A stretch of 64,000 bases of DNA from an uncultured Chloroflexia bacterium (GTDB taxonomy: Bacteria > Chloroflexota > Chloroflexia > QHBQ01 > JADMIH01), in NCBI GenBank assembly GCA_963797095.1, contig CAWCNY010000006.1, forward strand, positions 480,001 through 544,000, given 5' to 3'. Below the pieces are notes generated by a model that saw only the letters and a list, made by a program, of their open reading frames with translations, was not told the origin of the DNA and searched no databases. The position numbers and the translations under genes were made by a program. Of the stretch, positions 30,883-39,753 are shown one piece after another (within the stretch, counting starts at the first letter, position 1; each line of letters opens with the position of its first letter).

Positions 30883-31226
30883 TTACTGGACCACCAGCAC
30901 AGGTTGGGCACCCGCCCATAGCTGCTCCAGGCGATAGTATTCGCGTGTTGCCTTATCGAATATGTGGACCAGGACAGGACCATAGTCCATCAATACCCAT
31001 TTGGCATCGGTCATGCCCTCAACGTTGAGGGGATTTGTCCTGCTTCGCCCAGTTTCTCGTCTATCTCCCGTGCTATGGCCTTCACGTGGCGTTCGCTTGT
31101 GCCTGTGCAGATAACGAAGTAGTCGGCGATGATGGACACTTTGCGTATATCGAGCATGACTATGTCTTCAGCTTTGCGGTCTTCTGCGATATCGACCATT
31201 CTGCGAGCCAGTTCGTTTGGTTCCAG
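30883..31226 (-). CDS. rsfS: Ribosome silencing factor RsfS (Iojap), split by a 1-bp frameshift near 31029-31036
   Basis: N-half DRKAEDIVMLDIRKVSIIADYFVICTGTSERHVKAI; the shifted frame continues EGMTDAKWVLMDYGPVLVHIF...REYYRLEQLW to TAA at 30883. Probable CTG start at 31226 after GGAGGG. Confidence 0.9.
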
Positions 31227-31388
31227 TGTTTCCCTCCATCTTTCAGTTCTCTTTGCCGGGGACCTCTTCTCCGGCAATACTGAGCACATTTCATACCGCT
31301 AGTATAGGGTGGCGCGCTCCCTGCCTGCCCGGTATCCCCAAGGGAATTATAACATAAGGAGATTGTGAAAATCCCCCAATATAGAAGC

Positions 31389-31416
31389 AGGACAACCTCT
31401 TTATATAGGTTGTCCT
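31389..31416 (-). terminator. Hairpin downstream of the TPR membrane protein gene
   Basis: AGGACAACCT-ctttatat-AGGTTGTCCT. Confidence 0.55.
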
Positions 31417-31437
31417 ACCGTTTGGATCCGCATTGAG

Positions 31438-32092
31438 CTATTTGACGAAGAACATGTAAGCCGCGAAAGCGTAAAGCGCGATGGCTATGATGATCAGCAC
31501 TATCGCACCCACGGGGATACGTCTGCGTCTGCCGCTCTTGCCGTCTACCTTGATCTTGAGCGACGAGTTGGCATCCGATGCCTTGAGAGGCCCCGTGAGG
31601 TTCCCCGTTCCTACAGCACCTGTGTTGGAGTTGTTGCTGAGGAATCCCGTGCCCAGCGGCCCTGTGGCTGCTGAGATCGTGTTGTCGAACGCTCCCGTAG
31701 TGAGGTCAAACGATGTCGTAGTGCGCTCCAGCCTGCCTGCTCCGATCCCACCGGTGTCGGTTGCTGCTGCGCTATCTCCGCCTACGGCGTTCAGCACCTG
31801 TCGTCGCAGGGCAACCCAGCGCAGTCCGAGGTTGGCTTCCTCGTTCGTCGAGTTCGAGCAGCACCGCCCTCTGGAATGCGGCCTCTGCCTCCTCCAGGTC
31901 GGGGCTGGTGCCTCCTAGCCACACCCACACCTCTGCTGTGTCGGGGTGACTGGTTGCCAGCGATTGAAAAATGCGATGTGCGCTCGCTCTATCGCCTTCT
32001 TGGGCCGCGCCAATGGCGCGTGCCATATCTTCTTGCATATTGCCTGTAGTCGTCTCGGTTTCGACGGTACTGGTTCTAGCGCTTTTGCTCAT
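31438..32092 (-). CDS. TPR-like N-terminus + C-terminal TM anchor protein, split by a 1-bp frameshift near 31853
   Basis: AEVWVWLGG...EAAFQRAVLL; removing one base restores DSTNEEANLGLRWVALRRQVLNAVGG, joining ORFs 31772..32092 and 31438..31797. Confidence 0.7.
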
Positions 32093-32328
32093 TGATCAAA
32101 CTCCCGCGGGGCCTTGCCCCCGTGTTGTATACAGCGATATACGGTAGCTCCCAGCTACTCTACATCTCCAAATATACAAAAGTGCACATACTGAGGCAAT
32201 AGTTTTCGCCAAATTGTGGGACTAAGGTACTGTTTTTTGTGCCTGGTTCACGTTGTACGACTGCAGATACACGGTTATAATCGTATGCGGTAGCAGACGC
32301 CGAAGTTGTACCCTTATCGGTTCGTGTC

Positions 32329-33990
32329 ATGCGCCTGTGGAGGTTGGGATGCACAAGAGGAGAGCCTGCAGGAACGAGGAATTTGTTGGTTAGCGCTCTT
32401 GCAGGCCAGGTGAAATCGCCGGCGAACAACGGGCTGCGAAGCGCGATTCTGCTGGCGACCGTGGTCGCTTGCGGTTTCTTAATCCCTCGCGTGATATTAT
32501 TCGGGCAGGTGACGGTCGCCTTTGTTGCATGGCCCTGGCAGTTTGATTACACGGAGGGCGTTAACCTGAATGCCACCGTCCAACTCTCACAGGGCCACAA
32601 TATCTATATGCACAACGGCCCCAACTCCTTTATCTCCGCCCCATATCCCCCTCTATTCTACCTGCTGGATGCGCCTTTCAATCGCTTATTTGGCCCTTCA
32701 TTTACCCTGGGCCGCATCATCTCGCTCGCTGCTACGCTCCTGGTAGCCGCACTCCTTGTGTACGCCGTCCAGTGGGTCACTCGCCGCTGGCTGCCCGGCA
32801 TACTTGCCGCTATGCTGTGGCTTTCCCTGACGCCCGTGATCATCTGGGCCGCGCTCTACACGCAGCACATCCTCGCCTTGATGTTCGGCTTCGCGGGCCT
32901 TGTTGTAGCGATGCGCTTTCCTGAGGGGCGGCGCTCATATCTGGCCGCTCTCCTCTTTACTCTCGCTTTCTATACCAAGCAATCGGCCTTCGATGCCGCA
33001 GGTGTCACAACCTTCTGGCTCTTTGTGCTCAACAAGCGCAACGGTATTCGATTTGGCCTGATTCTCGCGGCGATGGTGGGCGTGCCTTTCCTGGTAGGCA
33101 ATCTCATCGTCCACGGGGGTCTCTGGGAGCACCTGTTCAGCAACCAGGCGCTCGCCTGGGGTTGGCCTCGCTTCTGGCGGTTGCTTGGCCGCCTGCTGAA
33201 CGACGAATGGCCCCTCTTAGCGTGGGCTTTAGCATGCAGCCTGTTCACCCTGCTGGCCTGGTTGCTTGGCCTGGTCAGGAAACGTCCCCTGGTCTCTTTT
33301 AGCCGGTACTGGTCACTGGCCGTCGTCTATTTCTGCGTCGCGCTTTTATCAGTGCTGGCCCGCCTCGGTCGCGACGGCGTGAACTACAACCACTTCATAG
33401 ACGCCCTCTTGCCGGTCTGCCTCCTGGTTGGCCTCTCACTGGGGTATCTCATGGCACGAATAGAGGCGCGCAGCGAGCAAGAAACCACTGAAGAAGGTGC
33501 CGGTAAATCGAGCGCCACAACCCCACCGCAAGGTCGCGGCAGGTTTGCGGGAGCTTTGGCCGCGTTGGCACTCCTGCTGGCGGTAGTAGTCGTCCAGGTC
33601 TTCGTAATGCTTAGCCCCTACACGATGTATAACGGGCCATGGCCCGGCCCGGCCATTGAAGGACAAATGCTGGCGATCTCCAACCTGATCGTAAACAAGC
33701 CAGGGGAACTCTACTCGGAGGATGTATACCTTGCGCTTGCCAATGGGAAGCGCGTTCTGTACGATGACGCTTTCATGTTCGTGAACCTGGCTGCCCAGGG
33801 CAAATGGGACGACAGCGTCTACAACCGGATGCTACACGAGCGTCAGTTCTCCCTCATCCTCCTTGAGCCTGGCCCGGGCCGCTTCACCAAAACGGGCCGC
33901 CAGCTATTCAACGACAACTACGAGCTTCTGTACGGCGACATACGCAATAGCTATGTCCCTCTGACAGCACCGGACGGCTCAAACCCATAA
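32329..33990 (+). CDS. GT-C membrane glycosyltransferase (PMT_2/ArnT-like)
   Basis: FDYTEG, YPPLFY, GRIISL, FYTKQS, many TMs; true start is likely somewhat downstream. Confidence 0.78.
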   Translation: MRLWRLGCTRGEPAGTRNLLVSALAGQVKSPANNGLRSAILLATVVACGFLIPRVILFGQVTVAFVAWPWQFDYTEGVNLNATVQLSQGHNIYMHNGPNSFISAPYPPLFYLLDAPFNRLFGPSFTLGRIISLAATLLVAALLVYAVQWVTRRWLPGILAAMLWLSLTPVIIWAALYTQHILALMFGFAGLVVAMRFPEGRRSYLAALLFTLAFYTKQSAFDAAGVTTFWLFVLNKRNGIRFGLILAAMVGVPFLVGNLIVHGGLWEHLFSNQALAWGWPRFWRLLGRLLNDEWPLLAWALACSLFTLLAWLLGLVRKRPLVSFSRYWSLAVVYFCVALLSVLARLGRDGVNYNHFIDALLPVCLLVGLSLGYLMARIEARSEQETTEEGAGKSSATTPPQGRGRFAGALAALALLLAVVVVQVFVMLSPYTMYNGPWPGPAIEGQMLAISNLIVNKPGELYSEDVYLALANGKRVLYDDAFMFVNLAAQGKWDDSVYNRMLHERQFSLILLEPGPGRFTKTGRQLFNDNYELLYGDIRNSYVPLTAPDGSNP

Positions 33991-33997
33991 AACGAGA

Positions 33998-34076
33998 CTG
34001 GGGGCGTGAGAAGCAGAAGGGTCAAGTATGCGGGGCTGCTCCGCGTGCCTGACCATTCTGTTTCTCACGCCCCCAG
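33998..34076. terminator. Long 38-bp imperfect hairpin between convergent genes
   Basis: CTGGGGGCGTGAGAA...GCGGGG-ctg-CTCCGC...TTCTCACGCCCCCAG. Confidence 0.7.
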
Positions 34077-34109
34077 GCTTCGGGTACCGCGTGATACGTG
34101 GGCTTCGTA

Positions 34110-34370
34110 TTACGCTACATTGTCGGTGGAAGTGGGCGTGGCCGGTTCGGTGTAGCCATCAGCGGCGAAGAGGGGTAACTGGCGAGTGAGTGACTTACGC
34201 CCCGACGGTTCGCGGAAGCGCAGCAGGTCGGTCTTGCGGACCAGCAGGCCGCGCTGGGCAGGCAGGCTCCAGGCCCGCAACTTCCCCTCGCGAATGGCAA
34301 GGCGTACATCCCCCTCCGTGATGCCCAGGTAAAGGGCTGCTTGCTTGGTTGTGTACATCTCGTCAGTCAT
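34110..34370 (-). CDS. Excisionase-like HTH_17 DNA-binding protein
   Basis: MYTTKQAALYLGITEGDVRLAIREGKLRA...LLVRKTDLLRF; ATG 34370 follows GAGAAGGGG. Confidence 0.8.
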   Translation of the reverse strand: MTDEMYTTKQAALYLGITEGDVRLAIREGKLRAWSLPAQRGLLVRKTDLLRFREPSGRKSLTRQLPLFAADGYTEPATPTSTDNVA

Positions 34371-34449
34371 TGCATTCCCCTTCTCACCCATTGCTGGTTC
34401 CTCGTTCTCCTCGATATAACTTAGGAACCAGGAACCGTCAACTCTTCCT

Positions 34450-35316
34450 CTAAGCTGCCTCGCCTTTCAGCATATCGATGAACTGCGATGCCTCGGCCTT
34501 GGTCAGTTCGTTGGGGCGAACCCCAAACACCTCGGCGCACCTGTCATCTACCTGCTGCTCAGAAAGCCTCTTGCTCGCCCTGCCGATGGCGTAGATCGCC
34601 TTCAACTGCTTTTCAGTGAGAGCGGACCCGGTGGGCGCTACCTCAAGAAGCCGGTCGAAGTCGTCTTCCTCGGCGGCGAGCCTCCCGCCTTCGATGCGGG
34701 TGAAGCGGCTGTTGCCGAAGCTGCCCGACTTGCCATTACCATTACCGTTGCCCTTGTTGATAAAGGCGCTGGCCCGATTGACCACGTTACGCGGTTCAGC
34801 GAGGTTGACAGGCGCATCCACCACCTGCGACGTGCCGGGGCGGGCGTTGTCCGCGAAGTCGAAGTCGCGGCAGAACTGCGTGCCATATCCGAGGGCCGCC
34901 AGGGCGCGCCCCATTGCCTTCGTTTCGGCTGCTTCTATGTAGTCGTGGAAGTCGCGCACTGTTTCGGAGCCCCAGCCTGTGGCCTTGCCGCTGCCCGGAA
35001 CCTCGACCTCGGCGCGGAAGAGGGCGAATCCGCTCTCCTCATTGTGCTGCACGATCTCGGTCGTCATGCGGGCATCGGGGTGCTCGTGCCGGAGCCACAT
35101 CACTCGCCACTTCACTTCCAGGTAGTCGCGGCCATCGAAGTTGCTGAGGTACTGCGTGGGGTCGAACGCCCGGTTAGCCTTCGGGCGGCTGTCGTTGCCG
35201 CTTCTGGTGCCTGTCTGGGTGGTTTGAGGTGCGGTATCCGTTGACATCGCTTCGCCGTTATCCTCGTTCGTCTCTGCCGGAATGAAATCGTCTTGCAGTA
35301 ACTTTCTCGCGCTCAT
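34450..35316 (-). CDS. Rad52/Rad22/Sak-like single-strand annealing protein
   Basis: DYLEVKWRVMWLR...ATGWGSE...IEAAETKAMGRALAALGYG (Rad52-like core); C-terminal TEKQLKAI...LTKAEASQFIDML domain typical of phage SSAPs; RBS AGGAGG. Confidence 0.72.
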   Translation of the reverse strand: MSARKLLQDDFIPAETNEDNGEAMSTDTAPQTTQTGTRSGNDSRPKANRAFDPTQYLSNFDGRDYLEVKWRVMWLRHEHPDARMTTEIVQHNEESGFALFRAEVEVPGSGKATGWGSETVRDFHDYIEAAETKAMGRALAALGYGTQFCRDFDFADNARPGTSQVVDAPVNLAEPRNVVNRASAFINKGNGNGNGKSGSFGNSRFTRIEGGRLAAEEDDFDRLLEVAPTGSALTEKQLKAIYAIGRASKRLSEQQVDDRCAEVFGVRPNELTKAEASQFIDMLKGEAA

Positions 35317-35425
35317 TATCTGTTGCCTCCTAAGCTCTATCTACTCAAATCAAGGCTAAATACGATTTTGTGGGTGATGTGAGGTTCTGCCTCAGCACAC
35401 TTTCCTCATCACTCCCTACCACCAA

Positions 35426-35454
35426 ATTATAGCAAATTTGTTCTAATATGTCAA
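35426..35454 (-). promoter_or_regulatory. Consensus sigma70 promoter with a LexA-like box in the spacer
   Basis: Minus strand TTGACA-tattagaacaaatttgc(17)-TATAAT; the spacer contains AGAAC-aaat-TTGCT, resembling GAAC-N4-GTTC. Confidence 0.75.
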
Positions 35455-35559
35455 GAGATCAGGGCTATTTTGTTCTAGAATTGGTGGTAGTATCACATAG
35501 GCCCAGGGTCAGAGTATTAGCCAGAAGTTCCTATTGCTCGCCGGGGCTGTGGGGCGTAT

Positions 35560-36651
35560 ATGAATATTATGGATAACCCGTTTGTTTTCCTGGTGCTCAT
35601 ATTCATAGTGGGATTGGGCGGCCTTGCCGTCCACGCGCGGTTCTTCCGGCGTCCACCCACCGCCACCTCTCGCCCGACGTGGTTCCTCACTCCTGCCCAG
35701 TTGCCTTACAAGCGCACCCAATCGTTCCTTACCGGTGCAGAACTGGACTTCTACAAATACCTCGTTGGCGCGGTGGCGCAGGAGTGGCTGATATTCGCCA
35801 AGGTCAGGCTGGCCGACGTGGCGATCACGCCCAGGGGCATCCCCGACAGGATGCGTCACTTTAACCGCACCAGCCAGAAGCACCTCGATTTCCTGCTATG
35901 CACCCCTGATGAAGCCCTACCGGTGCTTGCCATCGAGCTGGATGACCGCTCGCATAGCCATCCCGACAGGCAGGCGAGCGACCGCGTAAAGGACTCCGTA
36001 CTCAAAGCTGCCGGAGTGCCCATTTTACGTGTGCCTGTGCAAAGCAGCTATTCAGCCCGGCAACTGGCAGCAGACATACGAATCAAGATAATGTTGCCCG
36101 GTGTGTCAGAGCTAGAAGCTTCAGATATGGCTCATGATGCCACACAGCACTTATCGGAGGCGAACCTGCCCGACAGCGCAATACAACCCACAAAGCCCGG
36201 GCTCTCCCGCATGTGGCTACGGGCAGGCGCGGGCATCCTTGGCCTGCTTATTATCCTCTTGCTGGTACACGGACTAACGAATTCGGAATCTCGCTATGGA
36301 TCGGTGGTCGAAGCCGCGAGTTCGGCGCAACCCCAGCAGGCTGCCGATGCCGGCGGAACGGGCCTGGTACTTCTCCCTGATACCTCTGCATCAGCCACGG
36401 CAGCCCCTGTTTCAACCGGTCAGCCGCCGGAGGCGACCATCGCTGCCGAAGCGTTGAATCTGCGTGCAGGCCCAGGCACCCAATACGACACTGAGGGTAC
36501 ATTCCAATCCGGCATGCGCCTCCAACTGCTGGGGAAAGACGCCACCGGAACGTGGGTGAAAGTGGGTACCCCAGATGGGCAGGAAGGTTGGATGGCTGTC
36601 AAATACCTTACCTTGAACGTGCCCCTGGACACCATTCCCCAGGTAAATTAG
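35560..36651 (+). CDS. DUF2726 domain + TM + bacterial SH3 domain protein
   Basis: IFAKVRLADV, KHLDFLLC, AIELDDRSH, DRVKDSVLKAAGVPILR (DUF2726); LNLRAGPGTQY...GWMAVKYL (SH3_3). Confidence 0.85.
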   Translation: MNIMDNPFVFLVLIFIVGLGGLAVHARFFRRPPTATSRPTWFLTPAQLPYKRTQSFLTGAELDFYKYLVGAVAQEWLIFAKVRLADVAITPRGIPDRMRHFNRTSQKHLDFLLCTPDEALPVLAIELDDRSHSHPDRQASDRVKDSVLKAAGVPILRVPVQSSYSARQLAADIRIKIMLPGVSELEASDMAHDATQHLSEANLPDSAIQPTKPGLSRMWLRAGAGILGLLIILLLVHGLTNSESRYGSVVEAASSAQPQQAADAGGTGLVLLPDTSASATAAPVSTGQPPEATIAAEALNLRAGPGTQYDTEGTFQSGMRLQLLGKDATGTWVKVGTPDGQEGWMAVKYLTLNVPLDTIPQVN

Positions 36652-36855
36652 CCGAGAGCCAATCTCCGCCACCCGAAAGGGCACTCCTGCTCCCGATTTG
36701 TACAAGACACCTCATCGTCCGAAATGAGGGCGTGGGCCGGGCGTGTCCGCCTCCAATTAATCCCATCAAAAGGCCCGTTGAACACCCGTGTGCTTGCACC
36801 GGGATGCCCGGCGGTGATAGGATGAGATCGATCTTGGAATCGGAGGCGGACACCT

Positions 36856-37632
36856 ATGGCGGAGAGCACTATCCACAACAGCACGAAGGCCATCATGGTG
36901 TTCTGCGCATACATCGCCTTCGTGTTGGTCGGGCTGGCTTTCTACGGGATGGTCGATGACAGTCCCTTTGTACCGCTGATGAATAGCCACTTCGACCTTG
37001 AATTGGCCTGGCTGACGGTGGCCGGCGGGTCGGGGCTGGCGCTAGTAGCAATAGTAACGGGTGGTCTACCCATAGGGCTATCGATTCTCCGGCGCGGTTT
37101 GACCACCGCTCGCGCCGACCTCCTGTTGCTGGCCGTACCGGTGCTCGCGTTTGGCGTGGTCCTCGCCACGTTCGCGATCATATGGGCCATCACCAGAGGC
37201 GACACCACTGCATCAACGGGAGCACCTGACGTGCCTGTTACCGTCAGCGCCACGATGGCGTTTGTGTTTGCGATTGTGTTCGTTCTCTCAGCCATAGCAA
37301 GCGTGGTAGCTGTGAGCGTGGCTGCGGCCCGCGCAGAGGGTAGCGAGCAGACCTTCAGGGCACCGGGCATCACCATAACGGTGCAGCCGTTCAAATTTGC
37401 AGCCTTGCCCGCATTGGTGGCGACACTGGCGATGGCGCTTATGCTAGCCGGTACGGTTGCCTGGGGCCTGATCGCTCGCTCCAATAATGCGTCCGCCTTC
37501 GATACCGCCACAGCCTACCAGGGTCTCACCTATTCCGCTACCTGGCTGATCGTTGTTTCGATAATGGCCCTGTCTACGCTGGTAGCAGTCATTGCCGTCT
37601 TCAGGTGGTTCACTTTCAGGAATCGGGCCTAA
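36856..37632 (+). CDS. Hypothetical integral membrane protein
   Basis: About 6 hydrophobic segments; RBS GGAGG. Confidence 0.75.
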   Translation: MAESTIHNSTKAIMVFCAYIAFVLVGLAFYGMVDDSPFVPLMNSHFDLELAWLTVAGGSGLALVAIVTGGLPIGLSILRRGLTTARADLLLLAVPVLAFGVVLATFAIIWAITRGDTTASTGAPDVPVTVSATMAFVFAIVFVLSAIASVVAVSVAAARAEGSEQTFRAPGITITVQPFKFAALPALVATLAMALMLAGTVAWGLIARSNNASAFDTATAYQGLTYSATWLIVVSIMALSTLVAVIAVFRWFTFRNRA

Positions 37633-39676
37633 GGCAGCGCGCCATAGCGTTCGAGATAATGTTGCAGGCCAAGCGGCCCTACCTCAATATGCTGAGTGCC
37701 ATCTCCAGCCGTGATAAGCTCAAGGCTGGATCGCTCGAAGAATTGCACAAGCCTATCCTGGCGCGTTACTACATTGAATTGAGTAAAAGGCTCACTCACA
37801 GGATAGCCCAACAATGCCACCTCCCCATGTTCGTGCCAGAAGGTGAGGAACGGTTCGGCAAGGTTGTGGCCCGTTTGGTCGAAGTAAGTATCGCCGGTGA
37901 TCGGCCCGGTTCGGTCGAAATATTTGTCGCCGGGCGTTGGATAGAACAGCCTCCAGTCGAGCGCGCCCAGGCGCACGCCCGTCGTGCCGTCGCCTGTCGT
38001 ATAGGTCTGGAAGTACGCGTTGCGGAAATACTGCACTGTGCGGCCCGCCTCGTTCAACTCGTCTGTAACCGCAGGCCCAAACCTGTCTAGCCCGCCGTTG
38101 GCCTGCCAGTATTGCAGAAAGATTCCATGAGCGCATTTGCCCGTGTCGTCAAAGCATTGCTCAGCCCCCTCCAGTCGCTCTGCGGGTTGGGGCGTTCGGA
38201 ACGGCGTGAATTGCGGCGGATTGCTTCCCACCGTTGGCACAGCGTAAGCCGTCGTATTGTCGGGATATGGCCCAGCGCTGAAAGCGTACAGATTGCCGTC
38301 CGTGGATGCCACGTACAGGATGCCCCCCGCTATAGTGGGCGCTGAATACAGGTAACCTCCCGTCGAATACTCCCACACCACCTGACCGTTTGCTGCATCC
38401 AGCACCTCGATTGTATCCTCGGCGGCGGCAAACACCAGCCCATTGGCGACGGCCAGCGCCGGGATCACCCACCCCGATGTGGGGTGCATCCACTTGATCG
38501 CGCCTGTAGTCGGGTCCAACGCCGTCACCGTTCCTGGGAACTTCTGCACCTGCCCGACCGAGAAATAGCCTGCCGCAGCGTACACCGTATCGTAAGCGTA
38601 GGCGCTCGACGACACCGACCATCCCCGCACTGCGGGCACGAGCCGCCATCCGCGATCTGCACAGACCATGCAGGTCCCGCGTGAATATTATCGGCACGGA
38701 AGGCGTAGTAGAATCCGTTCTTGGCGGCTGCCCCCACCATCAGGTGGCCGTCTTTGTCGTGGAAAAGTGTAGGCGTGGTGCCCCAGTCGCCGTCGAATAC
38801 CTGCACAGCTATCGGTATCTGCCAGGCGTCCACCACCTTGAGCGTGGCCGGGTCCAGGCGGGCGATGCTGTATGCATTCGGGATATAGTAATCGCCGGAG
38901 CCGGTAGTCACAAACCAGGCGCCCGAATCCTCGTCCACCGTCACCGAAGTCCAGGGACCGCCCCCCTTCTGATCATCCGGGATGAAGTGCACTTCCTTCT
39001 CGACCTGCCCCGTCGTAGCATCAAAGGCCCACATCCTCCCGTTGACGAACGGGTGGTCGCAGAAAGAAGCCACTCCGTAATAAACCATCCCATTGTAATA
39101 GTAGGGCGATCCCCAGTTATAAAGGCCCCCTGCCTCGCTGTTGTCCCCCGCCTTGAATGTCCACAGCGTATCGCCTGTGTTTGGATTCAGCGCATACAGC
39201 TTATCGTCGCCGCCCCCTATATACAATCCGTTGGCGGTCACGTGCGGTGCTGACGACACACCTGCCGTGTTGGGCGAGCAGAGCTTGGATGTCGTACGTC
39301 CCAGGTCTTTCTTCCACTCCAGCGTCCCATCCGCCGCATTGAGAGCGTACAAGAACCCGTCCCACGACCCGACGTAAAGCGTGCCGGAGAAGACGATTGG
39401 TTGGGCGGCCATGGGGCTGCCGTCGCCGATCTTCTGCTTCCAGAGCAGCTTGAGGTCCTTGGCGTTATCCGGGGAAAGGCGGGTTTCGGTGGGGTTGAAC
39501 CCGGCACGTGCCCCGTCGTACATAAATGCAGGCCAATCGCCGGGGGCTATATTGCTGTGCGCGGCCGGCTGGCTGCTGCCCGTGTTGAAAAAGAAGAACG
39601 CACCCACAACCAGCGCTATGAAAAGCACTGCCGCCAGCAAAGCCACAGCGAGATTTCGTCTGCCTATTAGCGTCAA
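37629..39676 (-). CDS. PQQ-like beta-propeller protein with C-terminal QYFR/QFFER repeats, split by a 1-bp frameshift near 38619
   Basis: N-terminal anchor; DWPAFMYDGARAGFN; LYVGSWDGFLYAL. ...CPQCGDG|SVSSSAYAY becomes continuous if one base is added, joining ORFs 38525..39676 and 37629..38669. Confidence 0.8.
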
Positions 39677-39753
39677 TCCCTGCTAACCTTCTCTTATCTG
39701 ACAGAAGGCCGCCCACACTATGGACGGCCCTATCCAATAAACTGTCTATTTTG

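Noticed and set aside
34110-37632. Prophage or integrative element around the annealase
   Set aside because: No integrase, att repeats, tRNA target, replication or structural genes are visible.
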